Origin: Seison nebaliae
Lineage: Eukaryota
Reading direction: 5' to 3'
Assembly: GCA_023231475.1 (NCBI GenBank)
Contig: JALJEE010000107.1
Coordinates: 55,957-75,956 of the forward strand
DNA length: 20,000 bases
This document shows, one piece after another, positions 1 through 12,367 of this stretch. Under the pieces are notes generated by a model. That model was not told the DNA's origin and ran no database searches. It saw nothing but the letters and a program-made list of their open reading frames with translations. Both the position numbers and the translations under genes were made by a program. How positions within the stretch are numbered: position 1 is the stretch's first letter; every line of letters begins with the position of its first letter.

Positions 1-1980
1 CAGCTTTATTGAAATGTGTCGAATTATCATCAGGAAATGTGAGTAGATATCGTCAAAGTAATCCAAAGATTGCTGAAATTCCTTTCAATTCAACGAACAA
101 ATATCAAGTTTCTATTCATCGAACAGATGATGGAGATCCAAGATTCTTATTAGTAATGAAAGGAGCACCTGAACGAATTCTTGAACGTTGTAGTACCATT
201 TTCATCGACAACGAAGAACAACCATTAGATGATGCATGGAAAGCGAAATTTGAAGAAGCATATATCAATCTTGGAGGTTTAGGAGAACGTGTCTTAGGTT
301 TTTGTGATTTTCGATTACCACAAGACAAATTCCATCCCAAATATGCGTTCGATGTTGATGATGTAAATTTTCCATTAGAAGAATTTCGTTTCTTAGGATT
401 AATGTCTATGATTGATCCACCTCGTGCTGCTGTACCTGGTGCTGTATCGAAATGTCGATCAGCTGGTATCAAAATTATTATGGTAACAGGAGATCATCCA
501 ATTACTGCACATGCCATTGCTAAATCTGTTGGAATAATTTCTCCAAACAGTGAGACACCGGAAGATATGGCAAAACGATTAGGAAAGAATGTGAACGAAA
601 TTGACCATAGTAAATGTAGTGCGGCAGTTATTCATGGAAATGATTTGAAGAATTATTCACCCTCAGATATCGATGATGTATTGAAAACACATGCAGAAAT
701 CGTTTTTGCTAGAACGTCACCACAACAGAAATTGATTATTGTCGAAGGTTGTCAACGACAGGGACAAATCGTCGCTGTAACTGGTGATGGTGTCAATGAT
801 TCACCAGCATTAAAGAAAGCTGATATCGGCGTTGCTATGGGTATCGCTGGTTCAGATGTGAGTAAACAAGCTGCCGATATGATTCTCTTGGATGATAATT
901 TCGCTTCAATTGTAGTCGGAGTAGAAGAAGGTTTCATTTGACTTTTTTAAAATTTTTTTAATAATTTTTTAAAAAATTTTTAAAAAATTTTAAGGTCGTT
1001 TAATTTTCGATAATTTGAAGAAATCGATCGCTTATACATTAACATCGAATATTCCCGAAATCACACCGTTTTTGGTGTTCATCGTTTCAGATATTCCTCT
1101 TCCTTTGGGAACTGTAACAATTCTATGTATCGATTTGGGAACTGATCTCTTCCCAGCTATTTCTTTGGCGTACGAGAAAGCGGAAACAGATATTATGAGA
1201 AGAAAACCTCGTGATCCAATCAATGATAAATTGGTCAATCAACGTCTCATTTCCATCACTTACGGTCAAATCGGTTTCATTCAGGTTATAATTAAAATTT
1301 AAGAAAATATTTTCAAAAAATTTTTCTCTTATTTTTTTGAAGGCAACTGCCGGTTTCTTTGCCTATACGGTAATTATGGCAGAAAATGGATTTTGGCCAA
1401 GTCGTTTATTTGGAATTCGTGCCGCTTGGGACTCGTCAGCAATTAACGATTTAGAAGATTCTTATGGACAAGTTAATTATTTCATTTTTTTTCCAGTTCT
1501 TATTCTAGACATTTAAAGGAATGGACATTTCAACAACGAAAAACATTAGAATATACTTGTCATACAGCTTTCTTCGTCTCCATCGTTATCGTACAATGGA
1601 CCGATTTGCTTATTTGTAAAACGAGACGTCTCTCAATCTTACAACAAGGAATGAAGTTAATAATTTTTGATAGAAAATTTAAAAATTTTATAATTTTCCT
1701 TTTTTAATAGAAATCATGTGATGACATTCGCCTTATTCTTCGAAACAGCACTTGCTGCTTTCTTGGCATATTGTCCCGGTATGGATAAAGTTTGTCTATT
1801 TATTAATTCTTTCTCATTTTATTATTAATCCAATAGGGTATTCATATGTATCCGTTACGTGCATCTTGGTGGTTACCAGCACTACCCTTCTGCATAATAA
1901 TATTGATTTATGATGAAGTACGTAAATATCTAATAAGAAAGAATCCTCACGGATGGGTAGAACAGGAAACGTACTACTAG
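1..1980 (+). CDS. ATP1A: Na+/K+-transporting P-type ATPase alpha subunit, 5'-partial. Exons <1..930, 995..1284, 1343..1471, 1519..1655, 1711..1789, 1837..1980 (568 aa visible)
   Basis: P2C ATPase motifs are present: [87 protein letters not shown], and C-terminal WVEQETYY followed by TAG (1978-1980). Five GT..AG introns (931-994, 1285-1342, 1472-1518, 1656-1710, 1790-1836) restore a continuous frame across conserved junctions (VEEG/RLIFDN, GFIQ/ATAGFF, SYGQ/EWT, GMK/NH, MDK/GIHMYPL). Confidence 0.98.
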
Positions 1981-2370
1981 TCGTCGGAATAGATAGAGAA
2001 TCGATCAATTCAATGAACGAAGAACGACCGAAACATTTATTCTGACTAACTATTTTTTATATCAATTTATTGAGATATGATGCAACTGATTGATGAGTTC
2101 AAATACAAATCGAATTAATGAGAGAAATATATCGATTTATTTAAATTAATGTAGCAAAAAACAAATTCTCCATTCGAATTTTTCCATCATTCATTTGGAA
2201 TATTTCAATGGAAATTTTTTCATTTTAACATTTTTTTTTGTTTAAAAAATTTTCCTTACTTTTCTCCTCCTACTTTCTTTTTCAAATTGTTGATAACAAA
2301 TAACAAAATATTTTCATTTGTTTTCTTTCGTTTCTCTTTATTATTCTTATATTATTCTTATATTATACAA

Positions 2371-2413
2371 ACTCACACACACATACACACACACTCACAC
2401 ACATACACACACA
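2371..2413. repeat. Imperfect (CA)n microsatellite downstream of the ATPase stop codon
   Basis: The sequence actcacacacacatacacacacactcacacacatacacacaca is read directly. It accounts for the spurious THTHIHTHSHT run in the ORF at 2287..2481. Confidence 0.9.
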
Positions 2414-3995
2414 ATATATATGATTTATTGTCGGATCTATCTATAGCAGGTTTATGCACAAAACGAAACCTTAAAATTTAATATTTTTCAAAATTTCATA
2501 ATTGAACATTCTTTCGTTCTCCGGGTCGTAAAAATATATACAATAGATATTTCTCCATTTTCTTTCATTTATATATTAGTGTCAGAAACATCGTCATAAA
2601 AGTATTGTGCACAAAAAATGCACAATCTCATCCTATGGAAAATAACAGTAATAATGTAATTTTGAGAAATTTCGAAAAGAACACACAACAGAAAAATTGA
2701 TCGATTCTTTACATTTTTTGGAAGAATTTTGGAAATGAAAATTTTCCCTCGAAACATTTCCTTGTTCGAATTTATTTAAAATGAGCAGAACCGTCTCGAA
2801 ATTTTCCTTTTTAATTATTCCTTCCTCCAAATTTATTATTAACTCGCAGATTCATTGATTATCGTTAAAAATTAAATGTTTTCCTTTGTTATATTAGTAG
2901 AATTAGCGATTAATCAAAATTTTTATTCTTTCCATCATCCATCATCACTTTATGATCGATTAACAGCGATTTTTACTTACTAATCGGTCAATTTCCTTCT
3001 TTTCATCCAAATTAAAAAATAAGAAATGAAAATTTCATATTTAACTTAAATAGATCGATATTTACGTTTTGGATATTGGAATGGGCAATTTATGAGAAAT
3101 GGAAATAATGATCAGTTCATCATCATTCGAGATATATTTCATCCTGTTCAAATATTTTAATTCAATTTATAATGATTATTATCAATATTTCACTTTTTTT
3201 TTATTATACAATTTTAATGATGAAGATTAGAAATTAAATTATTTTTCGTTGTATCTCTTACTATGCAAATGCAGTAACGATATTTGACATATCCGAATTG
3301 AACCAGAAATATAACAAAAGAACAAGAAATTATGTCGATTAAGAAAACTGATTTGAAATTGTTTTACTGGAAATTTAAGAAAATAGATTGAGATAACAGT
3401 TACCATATATACTAGATATTAGATACATGTATATTTGCCATGAAATTTATTAGATCAATATTTCATCGATTATTTAATGATTATAGAATATTGTCAATAT
3501 TATGTTTATGATTTTTTCCAAATAATATGGCTATTCTAACTATGATTTTATTTCTTAACATTTTTATTAATTTTTATTAATTTTTATTTTCATTATCTTT
3601 CCTTCTTTTATTATGATATGTGATTAAAATTGTCCACGTATATTGTAACTATCTATATTAAGGAATTAAAGGATGAATTAAAATAATTTCTGTTGGTTGT
3701 AGAAATGATATACAACATCTAATGCTTCTGATCAATTGATTATGAATAGTATTAGATATTATGTATTAGATATGATGAAGAAATATTTATGATGAAAATA
3801 TATTTCTTATTAATTTAAAGCAAAAAAAACGAAAAATAGTTAATGAGTATAAATTGGTATTGTAAGTGATCTGTTGACAACACCGGTGTCTATTTTTATG
3901 TGTTAAGAAGGATCAATTTTTGTGTTTTGGTTCGTTTGTAAAAAAAATGTTTTAATTCTTCTTCAATTCATTCAATTTGTTTTGGAAGTGTGTAT

Positions 3996-6900
3996 TTATA
4001 AGAAAGTTGTCTTCATTTTAGATGAGAGTTGAAGTTTCTTGTTTTTGTTTGTGTTAAGAATTCGAATTTGTGAGATACGTTTATCAATTTGTTCGATATT
4101 AAATAGTGGCGGCGATGATGAATCTTTAGTTTCTTTTAGTGATGAAGATGCTGGATTGGAATCAGTCAAAGTTACATCTACATCGCTTGGTTGTATGGCT
4201 GCTAACGGTGCTCCATATTTCTGTTTCAGTGGCAAATAAGTTGAGGTAGACAATTTTTGTGGTTTGTTTTTCTTTGAAGAAAATTGTGTCTCTTTTATGG
4301 GATCATCTAAAGCGGTTAAATCCACATCATTTAAAGTACCAGAAGTATTTTTATGATGAATTTCCACACTAATGTTACTTGTTTCTGATTCGGCTAAATT
4401 TCGTTTAGACATTTCAATGGAAGACGGTAATGTCGTTTTCTGAGGTTGGGATGAGAGAGAATTGGATGATTCAATGGAAGTTGTGTAATTCATTCCACTT
4501 AATTGCTTAGCAGTTGATGGTTGATCGTTTGTTCGCTGTTGGTCTTTACCTAACACGATTGATGTGGAAGTGTTATAGAGACGATGAGCAAATTGTGATA
4601 CATCTCTGATTGATGATCTTAGTTGATGGTTTTTCATATTTTTCGAATTAGCAGTTCTCTGGTTATCTTCGTTGCTATAGCGATGAGGACATGAAGGTAA
4701 ATGATAATGTGCTGGCGATTTGATAATTTTCAAAGAATCAATTTCATCAATAAATGCACGTGAATGTTTTGAAGATTTCTTATATTTTTGCCTTTTACAC
4801 GTCACATCGAAATGTTGGAGAAGGTTAGACGATGTTGCATCTTCCTTATATTTTTTGAGTAATTTAAGACGATCTTTTCCTTTGATGGATAAGAGATTTT
4901 CTGATGATTTCAAAATATCATCAATATTTTCACTCATATCATTGATTTGTTGACGAATGTCTTCAACCTTTTGAGAATTAATTGTTGATAAACTTTCGGA
5001 TTTGGACGGACGACCCTTGAATATCATATCTTTCCCAATCGATCCGTTATATGAATCGATATTTGACCTTTCTATCAGATTATCATTCTCATCCAATGAC
5101 ATGATAACCGCCATTTGTTCAGCTTCTTCTTGTTCATCATCTTCCTCTTCACGTCGTTCATCTTCAGTATTCATTGTCAGAAATCGTAATACCAATAAAT
5201 TTACACAAGAAGCAACAACGGTAAGACCGAACAATATGAAGATTAATGAGAAAGTGACATAAGAAGGATTTGCTTCTAATGCACTCTCTCGTTGAAGAGC
5301 AACATAATCACCAAATCCGATTGTTGTTAGAGTAATGAAACAATAATAAATACAATCGAAATAATGCCAATCTTCATAATATGCAAATGCGCCCGCACCA
5401 CTTGTTATGACAATGATTGATAACATTCCACTAATTATAACCAATTCACTTTGAGTTACTTCTTGTCGCGGTCTATCCAATTGTCGTTTTATCTTTAATA
5501 GTTTCATTAAAAAGTTTAATATTTCAAATGAAAATTTACTAACTTGAATAACTATCCAACTGACTAATGCATTTAACCGTTCACCAACACTGTGGAACAT
5601 CACCAAACAAAGAGGAATTCCTGCCATCGCATATGCCATACAAAATAATTTACCACCAACTGTTTTCGGTGTTGTATGTCCATATCCTAATTTTGGAAGT
5701 AAATTAAAAAGGAAGGAAGAAATCTAAGATAAACCGATGGTAGTTATGACGGTTGTTGAAAAGTAAAAGGCTCCCGCAAACCTCCATTGGATACCTGTAT
5801 TATGGAAACCGGCTTTTAACGCCGTTTGTTCTAATAGATGTAGATCGTCTTCTGATATATTGTATAGTCCAGTTATTCGAATTTGAGATTTTCTTACACG
5901 ATCCTGATTTTGAATTTCTTGTTGTGACTCGAGTGCATCGAAGACGGCCGCTCCAATCAATAGATAAGTAAATGTACAAATGATGAGACTAAATGTTCGG
6001 ACGTTCTGTTTCTTCATGCCAAACGAGAAGAATTTTCCATTCAAAACATTTCGGATACATTTCAAATAGAAATTTGATTTTGAATATTTACTATTTGATA
6101 TTTCGTTGTTCGGTCGAAACTGATGACAACAGACTGATGTATTTTGTAATGGATGATCACCACAATGTGAATGATGGGGTTGATGATGTTGGAGAATGGA
6201 CAATGATGGACGATGAGATATATTGTCTGTAGTAACCGATGATTTTTTTGGTGGTATATTATCATTAATAATCGAACAATGTTGACTGCTAATTGATATT
6301 TTTGCACGACGACTTGACATATTCGAATCGTTTAAACTCATTTTTCTTTGAAATAATTCATTGGATGGAACTGATGAATCAATGATCTTATTACACGTGA
6401 TAACTGACGATGCTTCTGTTGATGATCTTTTTGATGTAAATAAACTTCTTTTGTGTGTCAGAATGTTTGCTGGTTTTTGCGACGGTACCGAATAATCATT
6501 CTTGATAGATGAACAATAACCACTGAAATTATCGGTCATATAACTTTGATTTGATATCGATGGTTTACCATATCTTAATGTATAACGTTGTGCATCCGTT
6601 AACGGTTTTCTATAAGCGCGACTTTTCTTTGGTCGACCCATATGTTGTTGTTGTTGATAGATTAAACAATTACGACATGGTTGAGTACTGATGGATGAAG
6701 TCTTCACTGGTTCGATGGTTTTCCTCATTCTCATATTATCATCCGTAGAAATTACAGATGATGACGTTATTATGGAATTGAGTATTTCACTTCTCTTAAA
6801 TTGATTTGAATGCTTTTGATGATAATAATGATGATGTTGATAGTGATGTTGTGAAGGATGTTGTGGACAATGATTCTTCTGATGTAATATGGTTGATTCG

Positions 6901-7070
6901 TCACCGGAACCATATTTATCAGTTGACGTATAATTCCCTTGTTCATCTTTCTTATCAGTTGAATTATCATTATTTCGTGCATCTTGTCGATGAAGAATAT
7001 GTGGCGACGATCGTTTGAGAGGAGGACGTTGCTCCGTTCGCCGTATAGTAGACGAACTGTCATCGCTCAT
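3996..7070 (-). CDS. Two-pore-domain potassium channel (K2P), TASK subfamily (KCNK3/9/15, sup-9-like). Exons 7070..5735, 5686..5544, 5492..3996; 991 aa from the first ATG; conserved core starts at ATG 6017
   Basis: TASK-type start [31 protein letters not shown] and [10 protein letters not shown]. The P1 filter TTIGYGH is formed across intron 5734-5687. Also present: M2 [18 protein letters not shown]2 filter [12 protein letters not shown], and post-M4 [18 protein letters not shown] second intron (5543-5493, GTTAGT..AAAG) removes a 17-codon AT-rich insertion in the M2-M3 loop. The true start codon is uncertain. Confidence 0.95.
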
Positions 7071-8815
7071 CTCTCCAATTACCTTATTGTCATGTTATTG
7101 TAGGATGAATAGGAAAATGATTAGGTAATGCATTTTGTTTGCACTTTTCTATTCTAATATATTTCTTCGAGATAATTATCTAAATGGCAAACAACGATAC
7201 AAGAATAAATGATTTGTTAAAATTCTTCATAAACTTCTCATTACATATATTTTTTCAAATTGAAACTCTTTCTTTTTTAAAGAAATATTTATTATAAAAA
7301 CAATTTTCCACAGAATCTAACAACTTCATTTTTATATCCACAATTATTACAATCAATTTGCTTCTAGTTTCACGACCGATGAACCGTGCGAAAGAAAGAT
7401 ATCGACGTAAATATGGAACATTGTGGAGTTTATGTAGTAGAGAAGGATCGTATCATTCACAGCGAACAGATTTGGCTTCAATCAAAAGAAAATTGAATGT
7501 TTCTCAGCAGTGCTCAGTAGGAAATATTTAATATTCTTCCTGTTTCCTTTAAACTGTTTAGCAATTTTTGCTAATAAATGAAAATAATTGCCTATTTCTA
7601 TCATACGGTTTCTCCACTATTTCACTAACGAACAAATGTCACATTAGCGGGTGAAAATAGAGATATTCTTCCATATATACACACCATTCCATCAATCTAC
7701 ACAATCACAATACTTAGATGCTTACAGACGACACATACGATTTGGAGTCTGTACCAATATGAAACTCAACAGACAATTATATAATTGTCTAGTTTTCATA
7801 TTATACTCTGAATGTTTCCCTTAATTGTGAAGGTGAACATCAGGACATTCGGTTGGAAGGAGAATGTATATGAATAGAGAATAGTAGAATTCTCTTCAAT
7901 TTCTGATATTCTGATGTCGAATCAAAGATGTTTAATGAGAAAATTTCTGTTCGCATTCTGCAATTATATGTTTTTCCTTCTAATTGAAATTAATGATAAA
8001 GATAATTATAAATAAATTTATTTAGAATATATTAAAATCCCAACACTCTCTCATTAATATGTATGGGCCGCATCCAATTGACAACTCATTCACTTCCTTA
8101 CCAGTATATACTAAATGTCTGGATGCTAGAACCTCTGATAATTAATCAACTTTTAAGAATTTGCTGATGTTTAATTCTTCCTATATTAGCTTGAATTATT
8201 CTTATTCTATGAAAATTTTAAACCTTTATATTTATTATATAATTTACATAGTTGATTGGAGACACGATTTATTAATGTTCATAAACTTCAATATCTTCCT
8301 TTATATACAATACAATTTAATTTATAGTAAGTTAACAAGAATTTAAGGTTAACAAAATGATTTTCTCATCAGGAGAATCGGAACAATCGGAAGAGGTGAA
8401 TCTATGGGAACCTTAATGATGCTAAATCACAAGTTCTCAAAATACATTCTCTTAAAACTTTGTCTTTTATTCAAATGAAATATGAGCACAAAATATTCAT
8501 TAGAAAAAAAAGGAAATTAAAAAAATTATTTGATATGAAAGTCAGACAGGAAACACTTTTAAATAAAAAAAGTTCGCGTTATAGATTCCCTTTCAGAATC
8601 ATTCTCACTACTTTGTAAAATACCAACTGGATATTAGTAGTCTTCCTCGGACCTAAACAAGTTGAAGACGATAAACATAATAATATTGAACATCATTTCT
8701 TTTTCGAACAACGAAAAGGGCAATAATAAGACAGAAATATTATTTGCATGTTGTTCAAATTTTGATTATGATAATGATAATGATGCAAAGAAGAAAATAA
8801 TATTACATTAATTTC

Positions 8816-8846
8816 GATATATGTATATATATAAATATATATATAT
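8816..8846. repeat. Short imperfect (TA)n microsatellite
   Basis: The sequence atatatgtatatatataaatatatatatat is read directly. Confidence 0.7.
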
Positions 8847-11800
8847 TCCTTCTTAAATTACAACTAACGACCCTCTGTAAAAGATTGGAGACGTAATTCT
8901 GATTAATTTTCCTTCAAGAAATTTATATCGTTTCATCTCATAATATCTTATGGATTTTCTTCTTACGTCAGCAAAAAGTGGTAGGGGCAATTAAGAATGA
9001 AACCGAGAAAAGTTAAAGTCACTATGTGCTCTTTTTTTGTGTAGATGTTGTGCAGAAGGTTTCAATAAGTTTTTATCATAATACGATGTTAACATACAAA
9101 TAAATGATTTTCTCAATTATCATCGAAAAGTAATTGGAGAAATATACAAAATACTTATTTCCAGTCATAATAAATAAATTTTTTACTTTCTCATAATTCT
9201 TGTGCACTCCATATGCACAATCTGTGCAATGTATTAAAAATAAAAATATTGATATTTCTATTCTTATGCATTGAAGATATTTATGTAAAGTTGTGTAATT
9301 CTACAAATTCCTCTCGTACAGATACATACTAACTAATATAAGTAACTTAATAATCATTAATAATTTCAATCACAATAAGACGAACAAACATACAAGCTCA
9401 AATAGGGACATAAGAAAATACATTCATTGGAGAATATTTCATGTACATTCGGTAATGACTGTTAGATTCTTATGTTAATGCAACATTACCATGAACGTAT
9501 AATCTCTTATAAGAAAATGCACAAAAAAGAAAGATAGCTTATTCAACTTTTGTGAACATGTCAAACATGATTTGTTATTAAGCGAATTAAGCAAATAATT
9601 TCCTTTTCTTACTCTCCATCCGCTTTCTTTTTCCTTAACAATGTACAACAATAATTAGGCTGATTATTGATTACGGTAGGAATCAGTGAACATTCGAAAT
9701 AGTAAAAAAAATTGGTAATTCGAATCCGGTTTCTTATCGTGATTCATCTTTCATCATTTACGTTGCCCCTTCTCATTATCATGATCGTTGACGGAGATGA
9801 TCATTTGACGGAGTAATATAAAATAGTTTTCTTTTTATCTCACCATCATTCTCCTTCCTTCAGTGCCACTCTTCTTCTCTAAATTACAAATAATAAAACA
9901 TCAGATCGAAAATTATCCAAATCTATTCGATTTATTTCCAAGAAAACTTCATTCATGTCTAGTTATTGTTCGAAACATATAAGAAAATTTTTATGTAAAT
10001 GTTCGATTTTATGATATTTTCTTCTTCTTCTTCTGTTGTAGGGAACAAAATGTTATTATTACGTAAATGTAGAATTGTATAATGTAAAAAAGTGAAGATG
10101 CTTCTATGTATATTGCCATTCACCAATTTCTCGTTATGCTTTCTCATTTCGATGCATTTGGGATGATTGTCGATTCTTTCTTCATATCTTTTTTCTTTTA
10201 TTCATAATAAATAAATGCAAATATTCAGTTGAAATTTCGCTTCAAAATTATCCTACCCAAAATAGTAATATCATCAGAAAAACTCTATCAACGAAAAAAT
10301 ATGGATATGGAAAGGAATTGCTCCATTTTATGTCTAGAATCGCCTTATACACGATTGTATGAAATGTGACATATTTATGCAAGTCCATACATGAATTTAT
10401 GAATATTAGAGAGATCTATGTAAATAATCCAATGATAGCAGATGACGTTCCATCAGACTAAATTGAACGACATTGATTCCGTGATTCTCTTAGGAAATAT
10501 ATTCTGATGTCAGAACAACTTTAATATTCAACAGATACATATCTGGTCAACTCCGAACAGTTTACTTTCTATTCCACTTTGTTTTCCATCAATATTTAAA
10601 CAATCTCCTAATTTTTAATTAACATTCTTCTTCAATATACGTTTACTTCCAACATACGACTATGATGGAGATGCAGTTCTTCTTAATTGTCATATACCCA
10701 TTAGATTACGTGATCGTTTTCAATGTGCCTTTGCTTTCTACAGTTAACAGTATCTGATCATATGACAATGAATATGATGATTGGGAAGATTTGCAAATAT
10801 CAACGTTGTATTATGAGAAATTTCGAGAGAAATTAGTATGAGGTTCTGCTGAGTAATAGATGATAATAAACGAAAATGAACAATTCATTATGAAAGTAAA
10901 TTATCGATATGGTTATTATTTTTGATTCGGATATTTTTAAATTTGCGCGAACTTCATGCGACAACTCGAAATATTTACATGAGATTGATGAACAAAAAAA
11001 TATTATGGATCATAGAGATAAGTTGGAAATGGGAAGTTTAATTATTTTTCTCACTTGGAAGATGTTATTCTGAATATCATCTTTCAATGTTGTATTATGA
11101 AAGTAATCAACTAGTAGGTGTATATCTAATCTTAGGATAAGGATATTAAATGAAGAACAATTTCCTCACTTCCTCTCCTACATGACTCATCGTCTTCTTT
11201 ATCGTCCATTTTGGTAACTTCGTGAGAAAGTTGTGATATTATGAACAGTTATTTATCATTTATTGATAAAATTTATCGTGTGATATTCAAAGTAATATTA
11301 GAAAAATTCTTGCGGAGGTGTAGAATAATAAAGAATTTTTTCTCATTTCTTTTCAAGATTGATCGACACCGAAGAATCTTCTCACTTCACTTGTCTAATC
11401 GTTCTACTTCTCGGAGGAAGTGTTAGTGCTAGTACGATATACGAAGAAGTCATATTAATGTACATAGAATTGTATGTTGAGGAGTAGAATTGAATAGTAA
11501 TGATGAGATTGAAGAATAAGAAGACTCTTATCCGAAGTAAAGTTTTGAGCGCGGTCTGAAAGAATGTTGTAGGAGTTACATGTAAAGATTAAAGAGAATG
11601 AGAATGATGTAATTAAGAGAATTGACTTGTATTTTTTTGGAGAAAGAACTAACAGAAAATGAAATGATTCAAAGATAAAAGAACAATATTAGTAAACTAA
11701 ATTAATTTCAAATAAATTTTAAACAGATTCCCAACACAATTTAAGCACGTCGACTAAATACAATCTAATAGTCAATGACATTTCTAAAAAGACTAGAATT

Positions 11801-12307
11801 TCCACATATCTCGACTGTTAATATTAATCCCCTGGCAATATTTCTAAAATTTCACCAACATTTCCTACCTATATCACTACGTGTGCGCTTACTCAACATT
11901 TATTTCAGATGCACTCTCGCAAATGGAACACACATCTGTAAATAAATGAACACATAGTAACATGTAACAACACATGTTCTTCCATCGATCAAATTGGTGA
12001 GCATATGAATAAATTTTAATTAATTTCTTTCCAATTCTACATGAATAGATGGAGCGAAGTCGATTATTTTACCTGTGCATTGTTTTCCATCGACATGATT
12101 ATCTATAATTACGTAGGAAGATATATTAAGAATTAATTAATCAATTTCATTTCCTTCTTCTTTCCCAAGGAACAATAAGAAAGGCACAATCATCCATAAA
12201 TAATGATTGGTATAACTTCCATTCGACTATGGTGCATGGAGGTGAAATGGAGGAAAATATTGAAATTCTTTAGTTTAATTTTCCCAATAGTATGCATTAG
12301 TTTGATA

Positions 12308-12367
12308 AATGAATGAATGAATGAATGAATGAAGAATGAGTGAGTGAGTGAGTGAGTAAGTGAATGA
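12308..12367. repeat. Compound tetranucleotide microsatellite (GAAT)n-(GAGT)n
   Basis: aatgaatgaatgaatgaatgaatgaa is followed by gaatgagtgagtgagtgagtgagtaagtgaatga. Confidence 0.9.

Noticed and set aside
116..2008. Minus-strand ORFs 116..472, 752..937, 1032..1238 and 1814..2008
   Set aside because: They are antisense shadows of the conserved Na+/K+-ATPase exons and have no independent motifs.
2287..2830. Short ORFs between the ATPase and TASK genes
   Set aside because: They have non-ATG starts and F/I/L/K/N-rich composition typical of AT-rich non-coding DNA, and one spans a CA microsatellite.
4039..7063. Plus-strand and alternate-frame ORFs overlapping the TASK gene
   Set aside because: They are shadows of the channel CDS and its low-complexity codon runs.
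9781..9813. Tandem near-duplication ATGATCGTTGACGGAG / ATGATCATTTGACGGAG; similar short tandem units occur near 2340, 3561 and 13445
   Set aside because: There are only two or three adjacent copies with no spacers. This is ordinary slippage duplication, not a CRISPR-like or other functional array.
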